DNA of 64,000 nt from Candidatus Latescibacterota bacterium. GTDB taxonomy: Bacteria > Latescibacterota > UBA2968 > GCA-2709665. Both the position numbers and the translations under genes were made by a program. The notes beneath the pieces are model-generated. The model was not told the origin of the DNA. It searched no databases and saw only the letters and a program-made list of their open reading frames with translations. Positions 8,291 to 17,847 of this stretch are shown in pieces; the first letter of the stretch is position 1; each line of letters starts with the position of its first letter. Location: the NCBI GenBank assembly GCA_965203805.1, contig OZ241917.1:512001-576000 (forward strand). The letters are read 5' to 3'.

Positions 8291-9643
8291 CTAAAACGTG
8301 CTCTCCGACGTTGTTCCCGGACACCAGCGGGCGGTGGCCAACGCCGGGATGAGGGTGTTCAACGCCGCGGGAGTGCCGATTCGTCTGAGCGCTTCGGCCG
8401 CGTTGCCCCGTGCGTAACGGTTGCCGTCGGCCAGCCCGTCACGCAGTTCGGGAACGGCGGATTCGGCCGCCGGTCCCAGTTTTGCCAGGGCGAGTGCGGC
8501 CGTGCGGCGCACGTCCCCGTCGGTATCCTTCATCTGTTTCTTCAATCCTGAAACCGCCGCCGGTTCCGCGCGGCAAATGTTCCCGAGAGCTTCCGCGGAC
8601 CAACGGCGGATCTCGGCGTCCTCGTGCCTGAGCGTTTCGACCAGACTCGGGACGGCCGCCTCGGCGCCCCTGCCGATGTCCGCCAGGAGTTCAACCGCCA
8701 TGGCCGTGTCGCGGCCAAGCCCGTCGATGATGCTCGGCACCGCGGACGCGCCGATGGCACTGAGGGCATAGGCGGCGTTGCGCCGAACGGATTCGGACCC
8801 GCGGACCAGACGTTCCATGAGGGTGGGAACAGCAGTTTCTCCCGTCGCGGCGAGGCGATAGGCGGCATTCAGCGCGGTGTCTTCGTCGGTGTGTTCCAGG
8901 TCCCGCGCGAGATGGTCGACCGGCGTGTTGCCGCCGTTTGCGGACGAACGTCCCTGATGCCACTGCCACAGGTGATACCAGAGCGGCGTTCGTATCTCCG
9001 CGTTGTCCCAGGCTGCCGGCGCCGGTTGTCCGGACGGGGTATGCAACCAGCTTGCCTCATGGGGTTCATGCATCCGCGCGAACAGGAACTTCATCATATA
9101 GCGTGGCCTGTCGCTGGCATTGGGCATGGCGCGGTGCCACAGGTCGTAGTGTACGATCGAAACGTCGCCGGCGTCGCCGCACAGCGGCAGCTCTTCACGC
9201 TTCTCTGCACAATAGGTATTGTTGAAGTGACTTCCCGGCACGACGCCGGTCGGCCCGAGGAGCACCGGCGTGGGCTGGGGATAATAGAACGCCATGGCCC
9301 ATCGCGTGTGGTGATGGCGCCGGTTCCACCCGTCCATATGCATACGCTGTCCGGTGCTGCCCGGCGGGTTGCAATGGCAGTGGCGGTGTGGATGCATGTA
9401 ATAGTCAGCGCCAAGCAGTCCGGTGAGTGCGCCGGCCACGTTCGGATCGTCGAAGACCTGCCTGATCTCCGGCAGCCTGGGCAGAAGGTTGTTCCCGGGA
9501 TTGCCCTCTTTCTCGAAGATGGCATCGGTACGTTCGTAGACGTCCTGATGGAATTCCGGCGGAAGCGTCGTCTTGACGGTAATGAACCCGTTGACGACGT
9601 AGAACCGCATCTGTTCGTCCGTAAGGAGCTTGACGTCAGACAT
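8291..9643 (-). CDS. phytanoyl-CoA dioxygenase (PhyH) family Fe(II)/2OG enzyme fused to C-terminal HEAT repeats
   Basis: HxD (MHMDG), GPTGVVPGSH, LWHRA..N...R motifs. C-terminal repeats VRRNAAYAL, IRRWSAEALG, VRRTAALALAKLG and ARGNAAEALRRIG. Confidence 0.85.
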   Translation of the reverse strand: MSDVKLLTDEQMRFYVVNGFITVKTTLPPEFHQDVYERTDAIFEKEGNPGNNLLPRLPEIRQVFDDPNVAGALTGLLGADYYMHPHRHCHCNPPGSTGQRMHMDGWNRRHHHTRWAMAFYYPQPTPVLLGPTGVVPGSHFNNTYCAEKREELPLCGDAGDVSIVHYDLWHRAMPNASDRPRYMMKFLFARMHEPHEASWLHTPSGQPAPAAWDNAEIRTPLWYHLWQWHQGRSSANGGNTPVDHLARDLEHTDEDTALNAAYRLAATGETAVPTLMERLVRGSESVRRNAAYALSAIGASAVPSIIDGLGRDTAMAVELLADIGRGAEAAVPSLVETLRHEDAEIRRWSAEALGNICRAEPAAVSGLKKQMKDTDGDVRRTAALALAKLGPAAESAVPELRDGLADGNRYARGNAAEALRRIGTPAALNTLIPALATARWCPGTTSESTF

Positions 9644-9657
9644 GGGAGGATCTCCGA

Positions 9658-10845
<1,188 letters not shown>

Positions 10846-10904
10846 CTTGTGTGTCCCTTTCGGGGAATCCGGGATTGCGGGCGGCCTGGGCCGTTCCCCG
10901 CAGG

Positions 10905-10942
10905 AATAAAGAAACAGGGGGCGTTGATCAGTCCCCCTGTTT
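10905..10942 (-). terminator. intrinsic terminator of glnA
   Basis: Minus strand AAACAGGGGG-loop-CCCCCTGTTT followed by CTTTATT. Confidence 0.7.
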
Positions 10943-10973
10943 GCGTACTGCGTTCCTTCTATAGTGTATGGGT

Positions 10974-12392
10974 TTACGCGTCGAAATAAAGCGCGAATTC
11001 GTACGGGTGCGGCCTCAATCGCATTTCGTCGATTTCGTTCTTGCGCTTGTATTCGATCCAGTGGTCGACCACGTCCTGGGTGAAGACGTTGCCCTTGAGG
11101 AGGAATTCGTGATCGGCCTCAAGCGCGTTGATGGCTTCCTCCAGCGATCCGGGGGTCTGAGGGACCTTGGCCAGTTCTTCCGGCTCCAGTTCGTAGAGGT
11201 CCTTGTCCAGCGGTTCGCCCGGGTCGATCTGGTTCTCGATCCCGTCCAGACCGGCCATGAGCATCGCCGCAAAGGCCAGGTACGGGTTGCATGACGGGTC
11301 GGGACAACGGAACTCGATCCGCTTGGCCTTGGGGCTGGGCGAATACATCGGGATCCGGATGCATGCGCTGCGGTTGCGCTGGGAATAGGCCAGGTTCACC
11401 GGTGCTTCGTACCCGGGCACCAGGCGTTTGTAGGAGTTGGTCGTGGGCGCGACAAAGGCCAACAGCGCGTGCGCGTGCTTCAGGATCCCTCCTGCGTAGT
11501 GAAGCGCTAAATCGCTCAGACCGGCGTACTCGGAACCCGCGAAGAGGGGTTCGCCATCTTTCCACAGGCTCTGGTGCACGTGCATCCCCGTGCCGTTGTC
11601 TTCGAAGAGAGGCTTGGGCATGAACGTTGCGGTTCTGCCGTGTTTCCTGGCGGTGTTCTTTACGATATACTTGTAGAGAATCAGCTTATCGGCGCACGAA
11701 AGCATCGGCGCGAACCTGAAGTCGATTTCTCCCTGTCCGCCGGTCGCCACCTCGTGATGGTGGGCCTCCACTTCGATGCCGCAGTCCAGCATATGCAGGA
11801 CCATCTCACTCCGGATGTCCTGGAGGCTGTCGGTGGGCGGCACCGGGAAATAGCCCTCCTTGTAACGGGGTTTGTAGCCCAGGTTCGGCTGCTCGTCGCG
11901 GCCGGTGTTCCACCGGCCTTCAATCGAATCGACATAATAATAACCCGAACTATTCGTCTGGTCGAAGCGGATATCGTCGAAAACGAAGAATTCCGCCTCC
12001 GGGCCGAACGTGGCTTCGTCGGCGATCCCGGAGGACTTGAGGTAGTTCTCTGCCTTTCGCGCGACGGTTCTCGGGTCCCGGGTATAAAGGTCTCTCGTGA
12101 TCGGGTCTTCGATTTCGCAGAACAACACGAGCGTTGGAATCTCGAGGAACGGATCGACAAAGGCGGTATCCGCATCGGGCATCACGAGCAGGTCGCTTTC
12201 ATCGATGGATTGCCAGCCCCGCATGCTGGACCCGTCGAAGCCGAGGCCGTCTTCGAACGTGTCTGCGTCGACTTCGTCGGCGGGCACGGAAAAGTGCTGC
12301 CACAGCCCCGGATAGTCCGTAAACCGGAAGTCCACGATTTTGACGTTGTTTTCCCTGATCATGGCAAGGACGTCTTGAGGATTTTTGCCCAT
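10974..12392 (-). CDS. glnA: type I glutamine synthetase (GSI-beta)
   Basis: [53 protein letters not shown] and adenylylation site DLY. RBS GAAAGGAG before the ATG at 12392. Confidence 0.97.
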   Translation of the reverse strand: MGKNPQDVLAMIRENNVKIVDFRFTDYPGLWQHFSVPADEVDADTFEDGLGFDGSSMRGWQSIDESDLLVMPDADTAFVDPFLEIPTLVLFCEIEDPITRDLYTRDPRTVARKAENYLKSSGIADEATFGPEAEFFVFDDIRFDQTNSSGYYYVDSIEGRWNTGRDEQPNLGYKPRYKEGYFPVPPTDSLQDIRSEMVLHMLDCGIEVEAHHHEVATGGQGEIDFRFAPMLSCADKLILYKYIVKNTARKHGRTATFMPKPLFEDNGTGMHVHQSLWKDGEPLFAGSEYAGLSDLALHYAGGILKHAHALLAFVAPTTNSYKRLVPGYEAPVNLAYSQRNRSACIRIPMYSPSPKAKRIEFRCPDPSCNPYLAFAAMLMAGLDGIENQIDPGEPLDKDLYELEPEELAKVPQTPGSLEEAINALEADHEFLLKGNVFTQDVVDHWIEYKRKNEIDEMRLRPHPYEFALYFDA

Positions 12393-12631
12393 TTTGCGGC
12401 TCCTTTCGCTTGTGGGAAGGTGTACGTTTTCGTAATATGAGACGTGATGCATCCGGAATGGCGCAAATATACGGGCCATATGTTTCGGATAGATTGCTAA
12501 TATGTTAAATATATATTAATAGCACTTCCTTTATTGGATCCCGCAACGCTGCGGACGGCGTCGTGTCGCCGGCGTTCCTTCACCCGCGCGAGGGCGGTGG
12601 TTGCCGTCGTACCGGTTCTGCGGCAAAGGGC

Positions 12632-12660
12632 TTGACAATGCAATTGCATTCGTTTATCAT
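12632..12660 (+). promoter_or_regulatory. sigma70 promoter of hrcA-grpE-dnaJ with palindromic spacer
   Basis: TTGACA-17nt-TATCAT; the spacer region carries the perfect palindrome AATGCAATTGCATT (12637-12650). Confidence 0.65.
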
Positions 12661-12877
12661 TTCTGGGAATATCCGGACTGCCGGGTTTCGAAACCCGAAA
12701 CTGCCCCCGCCATCCGGGTGGCGTTGTCGCACGGCATGCAATGAACGCCGCCCTTCAAGTTATTCTCTCTCCCTCGGAAGAAGCCGTCTGAAGACGCGGG
12801 CTGATCATTCGTCACTCAGCGGGCATCTCCTCCGGCCCCGCGATCATTAGCCAAGGCCAGGAGAAGGGGTGGGTCGT

Positions 12878-13909
12878 ATGTTACAGTTACAACAGCGGGA
12901 AGCAGCCATTCTGAATATCCTCATCAGTACCCACGTCAATACCGGCGAGCCCGTCGGGTCGCGCGCTATCGCCAGGTCGGGGTTGGGTCTCAGTCCCGCC
13001 ACGGTGCGCAATTCGATGGCCGATCTGGAGGAGAAGGGCCTGCTGACCCACCCGCACACGTCGGCCGGTCGCGTGCCTACCGATAAGGGCTATCGATATT
13101 ACGTTGACAGGGTGATGCCCAGGCAGACGCTGGAGGAGGAGGAACGCGAGCAGATCCGCGAGCGGGTGCGGGCATACGTTCGGGAGGGCGACGTCGAGGT
13201 TCTGCTCGAGCAGATGTCAAGAGTGATCGCCGAACTCTCGATGAATCTCGGAATGGTGCTCTCGCCCAGGTTCGAGCAGGGGGTGTTCGACCGGTTGGAA
13301 ATGGTCCATCTGTCGGAGGGCAGACTGCTGCTGGTGCTTGCAATCAGATCGGGCCTTGTGAAGACGATGGTTATGGAGGTGGACTCGGCGATCACGCCCG
13401 GCGAACTCGACGAGACGTCACGAGCGGTGAACGAACGCCTTTCCGGACTCAGCGTGGCGGACATCAGGGATTCGGTCGCCGAGCGGCTCCGGGAGGTCTC
13501 CACCGGGTCGCCAAGACTGCTGCGTGTGCTGTGCGACAGCGCGTCCAACCTTTTCCGGTTCCAGAGCGGCACGGATCTGCATTTCGGCGGGGCCGGCAAC
13601 TTTATCATGCAGCCGGAATTCAATCGAATGCAAAACGATCTGGCGGCCCTCATGGAATTGCTGGAAGCCCGGGAACCGATGATTACCATCCTGGACGAAC
13701 GGACCGAACAGGACGGGATCTCCGTCACGATCGGCACGGAAAACGGGCCGCCGCAACTCCGGGGCTGCAGCGTGCTGACGTCGCGATACCGGGTTGGCGC
13801 CATTTCGGGGGTGATCGGGTTGATCGGCCCTACCCGGATTCCGTACGCAAGGCTGATACCGTTAACCCGTTATATGGCGGCGCTGGCCGAGGAAATGCTG
13901 GACCATTAG
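12878..13909 (+). CDS. hrcA: heat-inducible transcription repressor
   Basis: GEPVGS, SPATVRNSMADLEE.G.L.HPHTSAGRVPTDKGYRYYVD and IGPTRIPY. Alternative GTG start at 12869. Confidence 0.95.
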   Translation: MLQLQQREAAILNILISTHVNTGEPVGSRAIARSGLGLSPATVRNSMADLEEKGLLTHPHTSAGRVPTDKGYRYYVDRVMPRQTLEEEEREQIRERVRAYVREGDVEVLLEQMSRVIAELSMNLGMVLSPRFEQGVFDRLEMVHLSEGRLLLVLAIRSGLVKTMVMEVDSAITPGELDETSRAVNERLSGLSVADIRDSVAERLREVSTGSPRLLRVLCDSASNLFRFQSGTDLHFGGAGNFIMQPEFNRMQNDLAALMELLEAREPMITILDERTEQDGISVTIGTENGPPQLRGCSVLTSRYRVGAISGVIGLIGPTRIPYARLIPLTRYMAALAEEMLDH

Positions 13910-13930
13910 CAGGAGGATACCCGCGCGAAT

Positions 13931-14548
13931 ATGGCAGAATCCGACGAAGTCAACGGCAAGGAAAGCTGCGAGGAAACCACCGAAGCGGAAGTGCGCGAGG
14001 ACGGGGAAGCGTCCGGGGAAGAAGACGCGCCGGACCCGCTCGAGGAAGCGCTCCGGGAGTCTGAAGAGTACCGGGATCGGTGGATGCGCCTGGCGGCGGA
14101 ATTCGACAATTACAAGAAGCGGAGGTCACGGGAATTCGATGCCCTGGTCCAGTCGGCCAGCGAAAACCTCATTCGGGAGTTGCTGCCGGTCCTCGACTCG
14201 GTTGCGCGAGCGCTGGAACACCGCGCCGACGGCGAGGAAGAATCCGACGGTTTCAGACAGGGCGTCACGATGATAATGGAGCAGTTTCCCAAGGTCCTCG
14301 AGCGTCGTGGCCTTTCCGAGATCGACGCCCTGGGCCGGCCCTTCGACCCCAACTATCACGAAGCGCTGATGCAGATGTCTTCAGACGAACACGCGGAGGG
14401 TCTGGTGATGGGCGTGGTGGATCGGGGGTACCGCTTGGGCGACAAGGTGATCCGGCCCGCAAAGGTCGTCGTGAGCGGCGGGAGTGCGGCGGAGGAACCT
14501 GAAAGCAAAGAAGACGGCGGGAAAGCGCCTGAAGCGCGGGAATCCTGA
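13931..14548 (+). CDS. grpE: nucleotide exchange factor GrpE
   Basis: [23 protein letters not shown] and [11 protein letters not shown]. Confidence 0.95.
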   Translation: MAESDEVNGKESCEETTEAEVREDGEASGEEDAPDPLEEALRESEEYRDRWMRLAAEFDNYKKRRSREFDALVQSASENLIRELLPVLDSVARALEHRADGEEESDGFRQGVTMIMEQFPKVLERRGLSEIDALGRPFDPNYHEALMQMSSDEHAEGLVMGVVDRGYRLGDKVIRPAKVVVSGGSAAEEPESKEDGGKAPEARES

Positions 14549-14561
14549 GCAGGAACGAAAT

Positions 14562-15719
14562 ATGTCAAAACGCGACTATTATGAGGTTCTCGGGCTGCAA
14601 CGGGAAGCATCCGAGAACGAGATTAAGAAGGCCTATCGCAAACAGGCGATGAAATATCATCCGGATCGGAACGCGGGCGATGAGGAGGCCGCGGCCAGAT
14701 TCAAGGAGGCCGCCGAGGCGTACGAGGTCCTGAGCGATACCCAGAAACGCCGGGTGTACGACCAGTATGGGCATGCGGGCCTGGGCGGCCCGTTCCAGGG
14801 CGGTGGATTTCAATGGTCCGACTTCACGCATGCTACCGATTTCGAAGATATTTTCTCCAACCTCGATGACGTGTTCGGCGGCGGGATTCTGGGCGACCTG
14901 TTCGGTCGTCGCGGCGGCCGGCGGGGCCCTCAGCGCGGGGAAGACCTCCGCATTCCGCTCCGGCTGACCCTCGAGGAGATCGCGTCCGGCGTCCAGAAGA
15001 AGATCCGGTTCGCCCGGATGGACCGGTGCGACACATGCGGTGGAACCGGGGCACGGACCGGGTCGGCCGCCAGGACCTGCAGCGTCTGCAACGGCATGGG
15101 GCAGGTGCGACAGGCCACGCGATCGCTTTTCGGGCAGTTCGTGAACGTCACCACGTGCCCACAGTGCAACGGAGAGGGCAAGGTGATCGGCGACCGCTGT
15201 TTCGACTGTGGGGGCGACGGCAGGGCGAAGAAGACCGTCAGTCTGTCCGTGAACATACCGGCGGGCGTCACCGACGGTAACTACATCCCGTTGCGGGGGC
15301 AGGGCAGCGTCGGCCCACGGGACGGCGAAGCCGGCGATTGCATGGTGCTGATCGAAGAGGAAGAGCACGAGTATTTCGAACGGCATGGCAACGACATTCT
15401 CTATGAGTTGCCCATCAGTTTCAGCCAGGCGGCGCTGGGCGCCGAGGTCACTGTACCCACGTTGAGCAGCAGGGCGGAAATGAAGATTCCCCCCGGGACG
15501 CAGTCCGGTCAGGTTTTTCGCCTGAAGGGCAAGGGCATCCCCGAGTTGAACGGATACAGGACCGGAGACCAGCTCGTGCGCGTGATGGTCTGGACCCCTG
15601 CCCGTCTCAATGAGGAAGAGAAGGCGCTGTTCCGGCAGCTCGCCGAGCTCGAGAATATCCAGCCGCCGGAGGGCGGCAAGGGTATATTCGAACGCATGAA
15701 GGAGGCGTTCGGCGCTTAA
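14562..15719 (+). CDS. dnaJ: molecular chaperone DnaJ
   Basis: J domain with HPD, G/F-rich region and four CxxCxGxG zinc repeats. Confidence 0.97.
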   Translation: MSKRDYYEVLGLQREASENEIKKAYRKQAMKYHPDRNAGDEEAAARFKEAAEAYEVLSDTQKRRVYDQYGHAGLGGPFQGGGFQWSDFTHATDFEDIFSNLDDVFGGGILGDLFGRRGGRRGPQRGEDLRIPLRLTLEEIASGVQKKIRFARMDRCDTCGGTGARTGSAARTCSVCNGMGQVRQATRSLFGQFVNVTTCPQCNGEGKVIGDRCFDCGGDGRAKKTVSLSVNIPAGVTDGNYIPLRGQGSVGPRDGEAGDCMVLIEEEEHEYFERHGNDILYELPISFSQAALGAEVTVPTLSSRAEMKIPPGTQSGQVFRLKGKGIPELNGYRTGDQLVRVMVWTPARLNEEEKALFRQLAELENIQPPEGGKGIFERMKEAFGA

Positions 15720-15782
15720 GCGGGCGCCGGACACGCAGCCGGGGGAAGTCGGACCGGCCGTCATCGGATCGTCGATTCAAAT

Positions 15783-17219
15783 TCAGGTCAGCCCTGGAAA
15801 CAGGGGCTGGCCCTTTTTGATCTCAACCTTCGAGAAACCGGCTTCAATTCGTTCAGCCGTATCCGGAAGAAAGGGTCTGAGGACCCACGAAGTGGCGCGG
15901 ACCGAACCGACCCAGGCCGAGAGGTGTTGTTCGAGCTTCCCGGCCCTTTGCCCTTTCAGAAGTTCCCATGGGCGTACCGCGTCGATTTCACGGTTCATGT
16001 CGTCCACACGCCGCCAGACCGCCTTGAGGGCCCCGGCGAAGTCGAAACGGTCCAGCGCTTCGTTAACCTGGTGTGGAACCCGGAAGTCGGGTATCTCCGC
16101 CTGACCGTAACCGCACCGTTCGCAGAGAGATTCGAGTCGGCGCACGAGGTTGCCCAGGCCGTTCGCCAGGTCGGAGTTGTAGACCTCCCGGAGCCGCGCT
16201 TCGGAAACGTCGCCGTCCTCACCGGAACGAACGGCGCGGAGCAGGTAATATCGTACGGCGTCAGGTCCGTATCGCCGGATCAGCGGGAATGGATCCACGG
16301 CGTTGTCCAGCGACTTGCCGATCTTCCGGCCTTCCACGGTCAGATGGCCGTGGACGAAGATGGCCCGGGGCAGCGGCAGGCCGGCTGAGAGCAGCATGGC
16401 GGGCCAGTAGACGGCGTGGAATTTGAGGATGTCCTTGCCGATGACGTGGACCTTGTCAGGGCAGTCACGCCAATAGCGCTTGAATTCTCCACTGTCCCGG
16501 CCGTAGCCGAGTCCCGTGAGGTAGTTGGTCAGAGCGTCGAACCAGACGTATACGACCTGGGCCGGGTCGCCGGGCACGGGCACGCCCCATCCGCCGGACC
16601 GACTCCGATTGCGGGAGATGCTGAAGTCCCTCAGACCCTGCCTGATGAATCCCAGCGCTTCGTTTCGCCGTGTCTCCGGGAGAATGCGGAGCTTTCCGGA
16701 CGCGATCAGACCCTCCAGTTCTGCCTGATAGGCGGATAAGCGAAAGAAGTGGTTCGTTTCTTCGACGGATTCGGGTTCGACACCGTGTAGAGGGCATCGA
16801 CCGTCCGAAAGGTCCCGCTCCAACAGGAAGTCCTCGCAGCCCACGCAATAGAGCCCTCGGTACTGATTGCGGAAGATGTCCTCCTGCCGGCAGGCCGACC
16901 AGAATCGGGAGGCGCCGGTAATGTGGGTGTCCGTCGAGGAGCGGATGAAGCGGTCGTACGAGATGTCGAGGGCTTCGGCGAGGTTCTTGAAGACAGCGGC
17001 ATTCCGTTCGCACAGTTGACGCGGCGTCAGGCCTTCCCTTGCGGCGGCCTGCACGTTCTTGAACGCATTTTCGTCGGTTCCGGTCAGGAAGAACGTGTCG
17101 TGGCCCAGAAGCCGGCGCCACCTGGCGATCGCGTCGGCCTGTACCAGCTCCAGTGCGAAGCCCAGGTGGGGGCGGGCGTTGACGTAAGGGATGGAAGTCG
17201 ACACATAGAAAGTCTTCAT
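15783..17219 (-). CDS. metG: methionine--tRNA ligase, compact one-knuckle form with variant HLGF/KIGKS motifs
   Basis: IPYVN..PHLGF, TGTDE, YCxxCE..CPLH knuckle, FSISR..GWG, YVWFDAL.NY, IGKDILKFH..YWPA, KIGKS.DN and DLAN.LGNL. No C-terminal dimerization domain. Confidence 0.92.
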   Translation of the reverse strand: MKTFYVSTSIPYVNARPHLGFALELVQADAIARWRRLLGHDTFFLTGTDENAFKNVQAAAREGLTPRQLCERNAAVFKNLAEALDISYDRFIRSSTDTHITGASRFWSACRQEDIFRNQYRGLYCVGCEDFLLERDLSDGRCPLHGVEPESVEETNHFFRLSAYQAELEGLIASGKLRILPETRRNEALGFIRQGLRDFSISRNRSRSGGWGVPVPGDPAQVVYVWFDALTNYLTGLGYGRDSGEFKRYWRDCPDKVHVIGKDILKFHAVYWPAMLLSAGLPLPRAIFVHGHLTVEGRKIGKSLDNAVDPFPLIRRYGPDAVRYYLLRAVRSGEDGDVSEARLREVYNSDLANGLGNLVRRLESLCERCGYGQAEIPDFRVPHQVNEALDRFDFAGALKAVWRRVDDMNREIDAVRPWELLKGQRAGKLEQHLSAWVGSVRATSWVLRPFLPDTAERIEAGFSKVEIKKGQPLFPGLT

Positions 17220-17345
17220 GGCATGTCCTTTCCAATTGGGTTCCGGCTATTGAAGATGCGATGGGATTCCGCAAAGAAAGTGACATGCACATGAAAGAGA
17301 CGCCGCCCGCACTGTGAGATATATGGCTGAACACGCTGTCTTCCT

Positions 17346-17386
17346 CAACAAATGAAACCCACCGCCGATTCATCGGCGGTGGGTTT
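17346..17386 (-). terminator. attenuator terminator (3:4 hairpin) in the metG leader
   Basis: Minus strand AAACCCACCGCCGAT-GA-ATCGGCGGTGGGTTT followed by CATTTGTTG, about 135 nt before the metG ATG. Confidence 0.8.
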
Positions 17387-17414
17387 GTCGGTTCGAATCT
17401 ACGTGTGATTCAGA

Positions 17415-17573
17415 TCAGATCAGGGGATGTTTCGCCGCCGAAGTTCCGCTGGTACAGGTGGCCGGCATGTACATCGAAAGTTCGACGGCGTCCGCCTGCG
17501 TCGCGTCGTTCGGTACGGCTGAGGATCGCCGGGATATTCGCGATCCGTCATTTGAGCATTGAACAGACTTCAT
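17415..17573 (-). CDS. putative metG attenuation leader peptide (52 aa, Met-Tyr-Met control codons)
   Basis: RBS AGGAG then ATG. Translation MKSVQCSNDGSRISRRSSAVPNDATQADAVELSMYMPATCTSGTSAAKHPLI*. It is below the ORF-track cutoff. Confidence 0.65.
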   Translation of the reverse strand: MKSVQCSNDGSRISRRSSAVPNDATQADAVELSMYMPATCTSGTSAAKHPLI

Positions 17574-17600
17574 TTCAGTCTCCTGTATTCAGTACGAGAG

Positions 17601-17629
17601 AATATAGAATGCGGGCCACGAATTGTCAA
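17601..17629 (-). promoter_or_regulatory. sigma70 promoter of the leader-metG transcript
   Basis: Minus strand TTGACA-17nt-TATATT. Confidence 0.7.
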
Positions 17630-17645
17630 GCTATCCGGTTTGACG

Positions 17646-17665
17646 CCTGCCTGCCGGCAGGCAGG
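17646..17665. repeat. REP-like perfect palindrome CCTGCCTGCCGGCAGGCAGG
   Basis: 20-bp perfect inverted repeat; a related GCCTGCC..GGCAGGC arm pair occurs at 28915-28939. Confidence 0.7.
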
Positions 17666-17847
17666 GCCTCCTCAGGTTGACCGTCAGGTCCCCGGATTTT
17701 ATCTTACCCTTGTCCTTTTCGCGGTATGGGCTTACATTGACGCAGACGGGAAGACCGGCGGCTGGCACACCGGTTGTCCGATTTCGCGCCTCTACCGGGC
17801 GTAAATTCACTCGTGTGAACACATTGTTAAGGAATAAGGGTTCGGCT

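Noticed and set aside
12461-12480. sigma54 promoter for glnA (minus strand TGGCCCGTATATTTGC)
   Set aside because: GG-to-GC spacing is 11 nt rather than the required 10.
12474-12545. canonical CIRCE element
   Set aside because: Only two half-site look-alikes occur, in outward orientation, with no N9-spaced partner.
17220-17600. T-box or SAM-I riboswitch as the metG leader
   Set aside because: No T-box GGUGGNACC bulge or stem I motifs and no SAM-I core are visible. The leader-peptide model explains the pairings.
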